The position numbers and the translations under genes were made by a program. A stretch of 64,000 nucleotides of DNA, taken from assembly GCA_013239625.1 (NCBI GenBank), contig MU053934.1:7210399-7274398 (forward strand), given 5' to 3'. The stretch is from Lama guanicoe. Lineage: Eukaryota. Numbering within the stretch: the first letter of the stretch is position 1; each line of letters begins with the position of its first letter. Below the pieces are notes generated by a model. The model was not told where the DNA came from and searched no databases. It worked only from the letters and a program-made list of their open reading frames with translations. Of the stretch, positions 13,641 to 26,043 are shown in pieces.

Positions 13641-14789
13641 CTGGAACAAACAGCATTCAGATATGTCCCCAAAACTCATTTTTCTTATGTAATGGAAACA
13701 CATCAGCTGACAGGTCCATGCCTTGGGCTGATTCTTGTGGTGATACTGTTTTAGACCTCTGGTTGGCAAGCACCCTGGGAATGGGAAGACTCAGGCTGAA
13801 GACTTCCCTAAGCTAAATACTGAGTTGATATTCCATAGGTTTAAAAATAGAAAAAGTTACTTTAAAGGGACAAAAATGACATGTTCAAATCTGATGAAAA
13901 TGTGAGACTGCAAACAGCAGTGCAAGAAAATATACAGGAAGAGTCCCAAGAGTTGAAAGAAAAGTTATTGAGAGCAGGCCTAGCTGAGCCAGAAATGCGT
14001 AGCCTGACTCTAGTGACTTCCCTCCCCGCAGTTCCTGTGAGGAGCCAACCCCACAGCGGGAATGCAACACATCTATACCCAATTTTGCTTTTAAGACTGG
14101 AGTGGGACTGGAATGTACAGTGAGACGATGGAGCCAGGAGACAGGGATTCTAGTGCTTGCTCTGGTTTTTACTGCACAAGTCACTTCCCAGTTTCCTCAC
14201 CTACTAAATTAAGAGAGACACACCCCTGCCCTACCTAGCTCTCAGGTGCTGTGGAAGAACAGTTAGAAATTGCTACACAAACACCACCACTGCATCTTGT
14301 GGGCAGTCCCTCTGGTCCTTTGCTTATTTACCAGTTAACTTATCTTGAGCACCTACTATGTTTACGGCAGATCACAGGAGCAAGATAAATTCTCTGACTT
14401 CTTAGAATTTGCACTTAAGTGGGATTTGCATATACCCGACAGACCTTTGATAAACTGTTGAATTTGGGAATGCTCCACCTAGCACCAGACCCAAATACTA
14501 GATTTCTAAAGTTGGATTTTTTTTCCCTGTCCCATTGTTTAAGTGCAGCCTGCTGCAGGGAAGCTCCTCAGAGGGTGGTGAGGCTCAAGTAGGACAATGC
14601 TAGTGATCAGCCTAACAAATGTTATCTATTACTATTATCACATAGTCAGCCATCAGAGATCTAAAACTAAAACTAAATGGAAAGAAATAACACTGGCATA
14701 AAAACTCAAATTCCTCTTTTTTTTTAAATTGAAGTATAGTTGATTTACACTGTTGTGTTAGTTTCTGGTATACAGTATAGTGATTCAGT

Positions 14790-14823
14790 TATACATACAT
14801 ACATACATACATACATACATACA
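14790..14823. repeat. (ACAT)n microsatellite in the L1 3' UTR
   Basis: Direct reading. Confidence 0.95.
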
Positions 14824-15227
14824 TTCTTTCTCATATTCTTTTCCATTATGGTTTATTACAGGATACTGAATATAGTTCCCAGTGCAGTGCAGTAGGACCT
14901 TGTTGTTTATCTATTTTATATCTGCTAATCCTGAACTCCTAATTTATCCCTCCCCCTCCCTTTCCCCTTTGGAAACCATAAGTTCGTTTTCTACGTCTGA
15001 GTCTGTTTCCGATTTGTAAACAAATTCATCTGTGTCATATTTTAGATTCCACATACAAGTGATATCATATGGTATTTGTCTTTCTCTTTCTGACTTACTT
15101 AGTATGATAATCTCTAGGTCCATTCATGTTGCTGCAAATGGCATTATTCCATTCTTCTTTGTGGTTGAATAGTATTCCACTGGGTATACATACCACATCT
15201 TCTTTATCCATTCATCTGTCAATGGAC

Positions 15228-16125
15228 ATCAGCTGATAGCCTTATGAGGGTTCCCTTATAATTAAATCTTTCTTTTTCTCTTGCTGCCTTTAGAATCCTC
15301 TCCTTAACTTTTGTGATTTTAATTATGTCTTGGTGTGGGTCTGTTTGGTCTACCTTGTTTGGGATCCTCTGTGCTTCCCATACCTGGATATCTGTTTCCT
15401 TCTTTAGGTTCGAGAAGTTTTCAGCCATAATTTCTTCAAATACATTTTTGATCCTCTTTTCTCTTTCTTCTTCTTTTGAGATCCCTATTATGCATAGATT
15501 TGGACACTTTATATTATTCCATAGGTCTTGTATATTGCTTTCATTTTTTTCATTTGTCTTTCTGTCTACTGTTCTGATTGGGTGACTTCCATTATTCTGT
15601 CTTCCAGATCACTTATTTGTTCTTCTGCATCATCCAGTTTGCTATTTATTGCCTTTAGCTCAGCTTTTGTCTTGACAAATGAGCTTTCTAATTTTAATTG
15701 GCTCCTCTTTTTGGTTTCTAGTTCCTTGTTACAGTAATCTGCATTTCTATCAATAGCCTTTCTTAATTACTTTGGTATTTTCAATACTCCTTTTTTTTAT
15801 TAATAGACTTTATTTTTTTTAGAGCAGTTTCAGGTTCACAGCAGAATTGAGCAGAAAATACAAGTTCGCACACAGTCCTCCCCACCCACACATATATACT
15901 CCCCTACTCTCAACATCCCTCATCAGTGTGGCATATTCGGTACAATCTATGAACCAACAGAGGCACATTATTATCAACCAAAGTCCATAGTTTACCTTAG
16001 GGTTCACCCATTACCTCCTTTTTGAACTCAGGATCTGGTAGACTGGAGATGCCTGTTTCACTGTCTGTTCTTTCAGGGGAATTCTCTTGATCTTTTATTT
16101 GGGAGTGGTTCTTCTGCTGCTCCAT
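15228..16125 (-). pseudogene. L1 ORF1p remnant, interrupted by an insertion and truncated after IRLSAD
   Basis: ORF track 15219-15428 (AENFSNLKKETDIQVWEAQRIPNK...KERILKAAREK...IRLSAD) is a typical ORF1p RRM-region sequence. Confidence 0.85.
15791..16008 (-). mobile_element. 5'-truncated L1MC1/2-like 3' end nested in L1 ORF1
   Basis: taatagactttatttttttt agagcagtttcaggttcacagcagaattgagcagaaa...aaagtccatagtttaccttagggttcac resembles the L1MC1-type tail; imperfect TSD caatac-tcctttt / cattacctccttttt. Confidence 0.8.
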
Positions 16126-17636
16126 TTTACTTATATTTCTCTGACTTGCTAAGTTTAAGAGAAATAGTTACCTACTGTGGTCTTGAAGGGTGGTCTTTAT
16201 GTGAGACTGTCCCCGTACAGCCTCCGTGAGTCTAACATTTCTGGTGTGAGGGCTGTTTTTAATATGGATGCCTGCCTCATCTCCTCAGTGTGTGCTGGCC
16301 GTTACCCACTTGACAGGGGATGTGACTGCTGTTGTGGTGACCAGAGCCTGCACTGGATGTTGAGCGGGCCCTCTGCTTTGCTCTGTGGTTGTCACAGCCA
16401 TGTTGGGGGCCAGGTCTGCTCCCCAGTTGTTGGAACAGATGCTCCTAGATTCATTTCTGAACTGCTGTTTGAGGTAGGTGAGACTGGAGCACTCCTGCTG
16501 GGAGAGAAGCCACTAAGTGTTCCTCTGCAGAACTGTCCACTCTGTGGGGCTGTTACCAGTCATGCGGGCTCACAAGTTACACTGTTTTTGGCAATGCCCT
16601 GGATCCTGCCTCAACTGGAATTCAGGCAATGGACCAGGTATCTCTCAGGCACTGTGCTCACAAAGTTACTAGCACAGATCTGTTAGTGAGAAATGCTGAG
16701 GTCAGGCACCAGGACTACCATAGTCACACACCTGGACCTGCCATGGGAGCTTCTGAGTCAGCCCAGACCCCAGCCCCTCCTCTGCATATACACACCTGGT
16801 GAGCCCACAGTGGCTGTCACTGGACCTGCCCCAGTAACAGGAGCACCAGTAATCTGCTCAGATGCTCCACAGGCACCAAAAGCCATCTGTGGTGGCATGA
16901 ATCCACACATCTCACACCACTGGGACACTCAGATTTCAGCCCTGCTTCCGAAGTTGAACAGCCCCTGGGGATCACCTGGGATTTTGGCCCTGCCTCCATG
17001 TGTAGGCAACCCCCTGGTGCTTGCGTGCTCCCAGAACTCGTAGAGCTGGAGCTGCTCCCACTGTGAGAATGAAGCTAAGGCGGGCCTGCCCCTCCCTTGA
17101 AGTGCACATGTTAACAATGGGGCTTCAATGGTGGACCCGGCTCCTTCCTGAGCACAACCTCCCTGGCTGCAGTCTGGACTACAATCCAGCCTCTTTAGGC
17201 TGTCTCCATGCAGCCAACCTCAGTCCTCTCCCCAGGTCTGTCCTCTGAAGCCCGAGTTTCAGCACCCAGCCCCTGAGCATACTAGCAGGCAGATGCCTGG
17301 GGCTGGGGGCTGCAGCGAGATGGCCAGGACCTTCTGTGCAGGCCTCTCTCTGTTCTGCCTGCCACAAACTGGCTACCACACTCTCTTCAGAGCCTCTGAA
17401 GCTCCCTTTCTGTCCTGGCTGATCTCCCCACTGGTGAAGGAGCTTCTCAGGGTGAGGGAACCTTTCCTCTTTCACAGCTCCCTTCCAGGGGTGCAGGTCC
17501 CATCCCAATTCCTTTTTTTTTTTTCCCTTTTGTCCTACCCAGTTACATGGTGATCTTTCTTCCAATTTTGGTTTTATGAGATCTTCTGCCAGCATTCAGC
17601 AGGTATTCTGTGAGAATCGTTCCACGTGTACATGTA

Positions 17637-17738
17637 TTTTTTCCCCTTTCTTTCCCTTAACAGAGGAACTGAGGATTGGACCCAGACCTTGGTGCACACC
17701 CAGCACATGCTCTACCACTGACCTATACCCCCCACCCC
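17637..17738 (-). mobile_element. Camelid tRNA-derived SINE (Vic-1-like), nested in the L1 5' UTR
   Basis: Reverse complement reads gggg...tataggtcagtggtagagcatgtgctggg...aaggtctgggtccaatcctcagttcctc followed by an A-rich tail; diverged TSD (gtacatgtatttt / gcagaagtatttt). Confidence 0.8.
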
Positions 17739-18481
17739 TGCAGAAGTATTTTTGATGTATTTATAGAAGTGAGCTCCACATCCTTCTATTCTGCCACCTT
17801 GATCCAGCCTCAAATTCCTTCCTAACTACTCAGTCGTTAGGACAGCATTTTACCCCCAAAATGGATTTTTATATTCTATGCAATGAAAGGAAAGAGATGC
17901 ACTGCAGAGTAAATTGTCAGACTGTGAACCACGCAGGGGCAAGCCCATGCTGTCCTCCCTTCCGAATCTCAGAGTCCGCACGTGGCAGAGGAGCACTCTG
18001 CCTACAGGCCGAGAAAGGAGGCTGCAGCAGGGGCCGCAATGCTCCAGGGACTGCCCACACTTTCTCTCTAATACCCACTCACCTTTCACAGACTTAGAAG
18101 CCAAGTCACCAAGGTCAGAGAGTTCAGCAGAAAGTGGTGCCACCAGAATGTGAGCCCCACACTAGGGACAGGGGGACCAACGGGCCTGGAGATGGAAGCC
18201 TGCCAGTCCCATTCCCTTCCCTTCAGGTTGGCAGGCCCCTGTCACCACCACCATCGATGCTTCCTCTTCCTCCTCCTCCTCTTCCCCGCCAGACCTTTCC
18301 CCTTACTGTGGGGCTGAGTGTTTAATCATGGAAGTCAGAATTTAGGAGGTTCAAGACTTTTTTTTGTTTCTACAAATGAAAAAGACCCAAGCATATCTCA
18401 AGAAAACACAAAGAAATGATATTATTTGCCAGGAGAGGTTGTCAGAGGGGTAATGGTTTTAAGTACCTGAAACTTTTGCTG

Positions 18482-20655
18482 TTTTTTAAACAGCTTTATT
18501 GAGATATAAGTCACACACAATTCACCCATTTGAAGTGTACACAATTTTTAATGTGTTCAGAATTGTGTATCATCACCACAGTCAATGCTAGAACATTTCA
18601 TCACCCCCAAAAGAAACTCTGCACCCTTTAACAGTCACCCCACTCCTTTCTCTTCCAGCCCCTGGCAACCACTAATCCACTCTCCATCTATTTGGATCTG
18701 CCTATTTTGGACACTTCATATGAATGGACTCATACAATATATGATCTTCTGTGACTGGCCTCTTTCACTGGGCACAATGTTTTCAAGGTTCATCCACTTT
18801 ACAGCACATATCATTACTTTTTATTGCTAAGTAACATTCAGATATACCACTATTTGTTTATACATTACCAAGTTGTTGGACATTTGGGTTGTTTGCACTT
18901 TTTGGCTATTATGAAAAGTACTGCTATGAGCATTTGTGTACAAGTCTTTGTGTGGACATGTATTTTCATTTCTTTCAGGTACCTAGGAGTAGAATTGCCA
19001 GGTTATGTGGTAACTCTATATTTAACTTTTTAAGGAACTGTTTTCCAAAGTTACTTGTTTCCAACAGTCAATCATACTGCTTTCCAAGCAGTTTTACATT
19101 CTCACCAGCAGTGTATGAGGGTTCTAAATTCTCCACATTCTCACCAACTTGTTGTTATCTGTCTTTTTTATTATAACCATCACAAGGGGTATGAAGTGAT
19201 ATCTCACTGTGGTTTCAATTTGCATTTCCCTGATGACTAAAGCTGTTAAGCATCTTTTCAGGTGCTTATTGACTAGTGGTATATCATCTTTGGAGAAATG
19301 TCTATTCAGATCTTTTGCCTAATTTTTAATTGGGTTCTTTGTCTTTTTATTGGCGACTTTTAATTGAGTTCTTTATATATTCTAGGTGTGAGTCCTTTGT
19401 CAGATATATGATTTGAAAATATTTTCTCCCATTCTGCAAGCTGTCTTTTCACTTTCTTGATAGTGTCCTTTGAAGTACAAAAGTTTTTTTATTTTTATGA
19501 AGTCTAACAACTATTTTTTCTTTTGTTGTTTGTGTTTTGGTGTCATATCGAAGAAACTATTGACTAATCCAAGGTGTTAGAGATTTATGACTATTTTCTT
19601 CTAAGAATTTTGTAGATTTTTAGCTCTTTAAATTTAGTTCTCTAATTCATTTAGAATTAAGTTTTGTATGTGGTGTGAAGTAGAGGTCCAAACTTATTCT
19701 TTTACACGTAAATATCAAATCACCCCAGCACTATCTGCTGAAAGACTATTCTTTCCCCCATTGAATTGGCTTGACCCCCTTGTTCAGAATCAACTGACCA
19801 TAATCATAAGGATTTAGTTCTGTTCTCCCCATTGGTCTATATGTCTGTCCTATATGCCAGTACCACACTGTCTTGAATAGTGTAGACTGGTAGGAATTTT
19901 TGAAATTGGGATATATGAGTGCTACAATTTAGTTTTACTCTTTCAAATGTCTTTGACTACTTTGGGTTCTTTGCATTTCCATGTGAACTTTGGATCAGCT
20001 TATCAATTTCTACAAAAAAAAAGGCAGGTGGGATTTTGATAGGGATTGCGTTGAATTTGTAATCAATTTGGGAAGTAGAGTCGTCTTAAAAAATGCTTTC
20101 AATCCATAGATGTGAGATATCTTTCCATTTATTTAGGTCACCTCTCATTTCTTTCAAAAATGTTTGTAGTTTTCAGTATACAAGTCTTGTACTTCTTGTT
20201 AAATTTATTCCTAAATATTTTATTCTTCTTGATGCTATTATAAATGAAACTGTTTCCTTAATTTCATTTTTGGATTATTCACTGCTAGCTCATAGAAATA
20301 CTATTATTTTGTACACTGATCTTGTAACCTGCAACCTTGCTAACCAATATGTTAGTTCTAACAGGTTTTTGGTGGATTCCTTAGAATTTTCTATACACAA
20401 GATCATATCCTCTGTGAACAGAGATGACTTTACTTTTTTATTTCTGATCTGCATGCCCTTTAGCTCTTTTTCTGGCCTAACTACCCTGGCAGGCCGCCAG
20501 TGAAATGTGAACAGAAATGGTGAGAGTAGACATCATTGTCCTTTCAGTCTTTTACTTCCCAACCCTTCGAGTTTCCATTCATGCCTTTTCTCAGGTCAAA
20601 GACGTTCCCTTCTATTTCTGTTTTGTTGAATATTTTTATCATGAAGGGTTGTTGC
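18482..20655 (-). mobile_element. Old LINE-1 (L1MB-type 3' UTR plus ~1.8 kb of decayed ORF2)
   Basis: aacagctttattgagatataa...cacccatttgaagtgtac L1MB-type tail, followed by continuous antisense ORF2-like sequence (tttgcatttccctgatgacta, ttggagaaatgtctattcag, gggattttgatagggattgcgttgaat). Confidence 0.85.
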
Positions 20656-20671
20656 ACTGTGGCACCTGGGG

Positions 20672-20901
20672 TTTTTCTTAATTGTTTATTTTTATACAAT
20701 TTTAAAGGTACTCTCCATTTACAGTTATTACCAGATATTGGCTATATTCCCCGTGTTGTACAATAAGTCCTTGAGCCTATCTTACACCCAAAAGTGTGTA
20801 CCTCCCACTCCTCCACCCCTATACTGCCCCACTGGCCCTCTTCCCCCTACCCCGCCCCTCCACTGGTCACCACTAGTTTGTTCTCTTTATCTGTGAGTCT
20901 G
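20672..20901 (-). mobile_element. Short L1 3'-UTR fragment of a laurasiatherian/cetartiodactyl type
   Basis: ccatttacagttattacc...ggctatattccccgtgttgtacaata...caccactagtttgttctctttatctgtgagtctg; family uncertain. Confidence 0.65.
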
Positions 20902-21439
20902 TGAGGTTTTTTTTTTTCCAGTGTTACAGAATGAAAAGGTATCACCAAGGACCAAAGTTAACTTAGATTAAAACCACTTAACATTGTATACTTGGATGAG
21001 TTTTAAGTGTCAAATGGAGCCAAATAAAAATCTATTTTAAACAACTCGAAGAAAATAGCTTACTCTCTGGCTTTTAGAAAATGATAAATTTGTGATACTA
21101 AAGAAACAAGAAATATCAGAGAAAAAGATGGATGTGCCCCAAACTTAATTATTATTTAAATCTCTGCACAACAAGGTGTAACGTGGAAAGCAAAGAAAGA
21201 AAAATGGATTCGACATAACTGATAATCTTAGAATCCAAAACACATTAAAGACTGATACAAAGACTGAGAATCCAATTCCACTACACAAAGAAATTGTCAA
21301 AGATGAACATACAGGAGGGAAGACAGCTGAGGCACAGACAGAAATGCTCACAGAAGTTCTCTTTGCTAAGCCAGGCCACATAACTAGTGAAAAGCCTGTG
21401 CAAAGTTCCCAGCCCTCTCCTGTCTGCCTGTCACCCACT

Positions 21440-21632
21440 GAAGAGGCTCACACTGCAGCTACAGGAGAGAAAAGTCTCCTGAATCAGCCTGGCCCAGAGT
21501 GACTGTGCAGACTTGCACCCCAATGCCTACAAGGGACATGCAGAGCAGGCGAGAAAGAATTTTAGTTACATAAGCCTCTGAGATTTGGACTTCACCTGTT
21601 ACTGCAGCATAACCTAGCCAAGTCTAACACAA
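21440..21632 (+). mobile_element. MLT1 (MaLR) LTR 3' fragment
   Basis: taagcctctgagatttgg...tgttactgcagcataacctagcc...ctaacaca is the typical MLT1 3' terminus. Confidence 0.6.
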
Positions 21633-21679
21633 CAAATTAACGTGTGGGTAAAAAAGCACAACTTCCTTTAAAAATGGAA

Positions 21680-22100
21680 ATAACTTGTAAAAATAAGAAA
21701 AATTAAAGTGACAATGCTAGTTTTGGTGGGGCTCTAGGAAAACAGGAATGTGCTCTAACATTGTTGATAGACTTCATGGAAAAATCTGGAAACACGGAAC
21801 AAGGCAGATAATAGTCACCAACCTCCGACCCTACAGTCCCACTCTGGGGAATATGCCCCAAGCAAATAAACTCAAGGAAAAAATAGCTTGTACAAAATGT
21901 TCATCCCAGAATATTTATAACAGCAGAGACTGGAGACAAGTCAAACACTCACAAACTGAGAAAACGGCGAATTGACAGAGTGTACACCACACAGCCATTA
22001 GGCCATCATACAAGACAAGAAGGGGGCACTTTATATTCGAAATTGGGCATAAGCAAAAAAAGCAAAATAAAACAGTGTATTACACTGTATAGACATTCAT
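21680..22100 (+). mobile_element. Very old L1 (L1ME-like) 3' fragment
   Basis: cccactctgggaatatgccc...tgtacaaaatgttcatcccagaatatttataacagc resembles the decayed end of ORF2. Confidence 0.45.
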
Positions 22101-23299
22101 TACACACAAGCTTTAAAGGCGAGGACTGTGTGTTTTCATCTTTGTATCCCCAGTGCTTAGCATGAGGAAGACGCTCAAATATTTGCTAACTGACTGAATG
22201 TCTGAATCAACAATCAACCAAGTAGGGGGTGGTAAGAGCTGGAGGAAAATGTGGATGGAGTTGAGTGCTCCTTATTTCTGTAAAATGACTTCAGTGTGTA
22301 CATTTTAAGATGCATAGATTTGAATTAGGAAAAGGGAAATAGTATTCTTCCTTCAAGTAACACAGCTGGATTAATGATCATGACTTTGCACAAAGACAAA
22401 CTCACTAAACTCTGAGCTCTCCAGCACTAGGAAGGAGCCATCAATAAGTGGAGAGGCTGGCTGGCCACCAGTCAGTGCTGGGTAGTGGGGGAAGCAGGGT
22501 CGGGCCCCTAGGAGGTCGTTTAACGGCCTCACTTGTTTTGTAGATGCCAGTGTGTGGAGCAGAGTGGTGGACACACAACAAAGGTTCATCATTCACACAC
22601 CTGGACACTTTCTCAGACTTCTCCAGTGTTTACCTGCAATTCATTCCTATTTGTAATACTAGGATCTTCTTCTTAACAATAAAAACCATGTGCCTTCCTA
22701 TGGACATTAATGAAAAAGTTCACCAGAAATTCAAGAGCAGTAATACTGAGTTGCCACCACTCCTCTTTTTTTCTTTGTCCTGGCCTGGTCGGTGCCACCT
22801 GTCTTCATCCCTCTTCAACCCTCAGAACACCACTGGAACTAACATTGTCAACTCCTTGAGTCTAATTCTCCTTTCACACCTACCTGATAAAAACTCTGCC
22901 CTCCGCCTCCTCCACAGTTACAAGCAGCCTGCCCTCTGTCTCCCCGCAGCTCTCCCAAGCTCTCCCTGCCAGCTCGTGCAGACCCTCTCTCTGGTACCGC
23001 CCTTCCCTTCCACAGAACTCGGACCAGTGAGCGGTCAGAAGCTCCTCCCCTTCTTGCCGCCCACAGGCTGCGCCCACAAGCTGGCCTCTCCATACACACT
23101 CACGTCTAAGGCTGACCCGCTTTCTCTCACTGACCCAGGACCTCACTCAAGCCATCAACCCCTCTATCTTCAGCCTTGACTCCTTGACCCTCGCTAGCTC
23201 CCACTCACTCCTCTCCCCTTCACCGGCAAGCCTCCTCCGAGAGCTATGCACTCAAGTTCCCCGGTTCTTACCCCACCCGTTCACTTCTCAGCTTACTGC

Positions 23300-24220
23300 T
23301 TCCTCGCCTACCTTTCTAGTGAAAGTGATCAGAGAGAAAGCCCAAGGCCTCCCTTGTGTCAGGTGGCAGATACTTCTCAGGCTCCCCAGTGTTAAGTCAC
23401 CCAGCAGTTTAGGTCTTCTCACTGCCTCTCCCAGTTTTTCTCCTCCTCAGACTGGGCCTTGGATGGTAATTTCCCGGGGTTGTGTCGCAGACCCATACAC
23501 TCTACCTAAGCAAACACTCTTGTTTCCGCACATCAACACCTTTAAACTCTGACACCTGATATGCACCTCTCGCCCCAAACTCCAGACCCATACATCTGAC
23601 TGCCTACGGGACGCCTCCACTTAGCCGTCATACAGTCCCTCAAATCATTTCCTCTCTTTCCCGAGCCCACTCCTATCCGTGGTTCCCTCCATCAGGAAAT
23701 GGTCCCACCATTCACCCACTGCTCAAGCCAGAAATTCCTTTTCTTCCCACACTCAACCTTCTACGCTGCCCCATATTTGATCAGTTCCCAAGATCTGGCA
23801 ACATTAGTTCTTCAGTATCTCCTGAATCTTCCTACTAAGCCAGTCCCCACAACAATGGCTACCTTTATTAAGGCCACCACCATCTTTTGCCTAGATCACT
23901 AATGGCCTGACTGATCCCCAGTCACCAGTCTGGTCCCTCTTCCTGTCAATCTCCATAATGCTACCATGGTGGACGGTGGCATGTCTTTTGGACAACCAGG
24001 TTATGCTTCTACTTGAAATCCCTCCAAGATGTATTACTGTGGCCAGCAGGGCCTCCCAGCTCTAACTACTGTCCCGCCATTCACACCGTGTTCCCAGTCA
24101 CACTGTGCTCCCTCCACCAGTTAACAATCTGCAGTCAGTGCCATACAAGCACCACGCTCCTCTTACCCCTGCACCTTCCCACATGCTGTTCCTGCTGAAT
24201 AAACGCACAAATGAATAAGA
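23300..24220 (+). mobile_element. LINE-2 fragment(s)
   Basis: ccaaactccagacccatacatctgactgcct...ctccacttag...aaggccaccaccatcttttgcctagatcact...cttgaaatccctcca are L2 motifs. Confidence 0.6.
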
Positions 24221-25083
24221 GGAGGAGAAATTAATCTCTTACTGCCAAATAGTTGCAAAAGCAAAATTGTAAAATGCCTTTCAATTAGATTTACAGTATA
24301 AAAAAAAGTTTCAATTGAATGTGAGTACAGTGTAATATATCTAATATAGTCCAGGGAGGGTGTCTGAAGTCCACCTCGGTCTAGGAGTGAAGATCAGAGG
24401 AAGATAAAGCCCCAGGACTTGTCAGGGTAAGGGATACCCCTGTCAGACTGAGCACACATCACAGGCACGGGCCCCTCCTGGCTTCTGACATGGTAACAGC
24501 AGTAACTCACTGTGCACCCACCAGACTCTGGGCCATTCTCCACGTGGTCCCTCGCGCTCACAGCAAGTTTGTGGCTGGCCCAGTCTCACATATGGTCAAA
24601 CAAAGGCCAAGCCACCAAGTAACTCACCCCAGGTTTCTTCCCATGAATGGGGAAGAAGCTGGATTCCTTCACAGATCTGTCCCACTTACACTCTCCTGAT
24701 ACTCAGCTTTCCCTTCTCCACAATGCAAGGTAGGCTAGATGATCAGGGTCTTGCAATTCTGACTTTCTACCATTCCAAATATGGAAAAGGGTTATGACCT
24801 GTGGTCGCCAGAATCGCAAGAAAGTATCTATAAGTTGTGATTAAACACATTCAACAGATGTGGCTTCTTCTGTTCCCAAAATGTAAGCATTCTACACTGA
24901 TTGCCCAAGCAGTCATATTCAACAAAGACTCATTTTACAGCTCCAAAGAACAAGTGTCCATTGATTTGCCACCATGTCAACCCAGCAAGGAGCCCCAGTT
25001 ACACCACAGCATGTAAAGCTGCCTGCCAAAGACTGAAGCAGTTTTTTTCCAACATAATCTCAGAACGCCTTCACACAAGGGCA

Positions 25084-25111
25084 ACACACACACACACACA
25101 CACACACACAC
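25084..25111. repeat. (CA)n microsatellite
   Basis: Direct reading. Confidence 0.95.
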
Positions 25112-26028
25112 ATCCTCCTAGAAACCTGCTGCTCCACTCTCACATCCAGCTGGTGATCAGGGCTAGTGAGCACATGAGGACACATCAGCTCATCACCACC
25201 ACTACCTCCCCTACTCACTTCAAGGTGTCCTTACATCCTAACCACAGCACCTAATGAGTGACAGATGGCCAGAGATACAAGTGAAGGGTGTGATGAAGTT
25301 GCGGGGAACTGGGCTGTCGATTTGCACACCTTCATTTCCTCTTTATTCCCTGGAATTCTCTGTGTGGCTCCACCCCATGGTGCCAGTCTTTGCGGAGCCC
25401 CGCCAGGGACAGCCATTAAGCTATATCAAACACTTCCCGAAGATTCCTTTCTCAGTCAGAAGCTCTTGCCCAGTGGGATACTTCTTCCTTGAGCTGCAAG
25501 TTTTCCAACTCAAGAGACATACTTAAACACTAAAAAAGAAAAGTCACACAGGCCCAGATGAGGCAGAAAGATCCTTCCAGCAAAAGTAGAAGGAAAAAAT
25601 ATAGAATGGGTCAGGAGGTTGTCCTTTGTTCAGAACAGAAAATGGGGGTATTCAACAAGGACCGATGCGACAGGGAAAGAGGGAAGAGAGACGCTGGCCA
25701 CCGAGAGCGGGCAGTTACGGGCTGCCTTCCGAGCTCTGTGAAAGCAGGTTCCCAAGATCCGACAAAGGGCATCATTAACGACATGCATGAGTCAGAGTGG
25801 CCCCAGGTCAACCACTTCAGCTTTTCAGCCCCTCCACTTTGAGCTCCCCCTTCTAGGAGCAGGACTTCCTGTCACACAAAGGGCCTCTGTGGTCAGTTCT
25901 GCAGCCTCTTCCTGTGCAGAGCGACGGCACTTTCTGAGGCTTTTCCCTCCCTCGAAAGTCTGACTGAGCAAGTGACCCTGCTGAACCCTCTGTAGGGGCT
26001 GCAGCCCAGCAGAAAGGGTGAAACTCAC

Positions 26029-26043
26029 CCACCCTGAAATTCA
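26029..26043 (-). other. Candidate 15-nt microexon TGAATTTCAGGGTGG
   Basis: Minus strand reads tctctctctctgtctttag|TGAATTTCAGGGTGG|gtgagt. Confidence 0.4.

Larger units (their letters stand above)
14716..17808 (-). mobile_element. Internally deleted LINE-1 (5' UTR + partial ORF1 joined to the extreme ORF2 C-terminus and 3' UTR)
   Basis: L1-type 5' end on the minus strand (ggatcaaggtggcagaatagaaggatgtggagctcac); ORF1 ATG at 16125 (MEQQKNHSQIKDQENSPE); ORF1 motif MAENFSNL...IRLSAD at 15428-15228; then ORF2 end (DEWIKKMWY), 3' UTR and poly(A); 11-bp TSD ctcaaattcct at 14705-14715 and 17809-17819. Confidence 0.9.

Noticed and set aside
16177..17595. Several 100-170-aa ORFs
   Set aside because: They lie in the GC-rich L1 5' UTR, where stop codons are scarce; an ORF0-like function cannot be supported from this sequence.
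22544..23552. 211-aa and 122-aa ORFs
   Set aside because: Low-complexity S/P/L-rich translations of pyrimidine-rich, partly L2-derived DNA with no recognisable domain.
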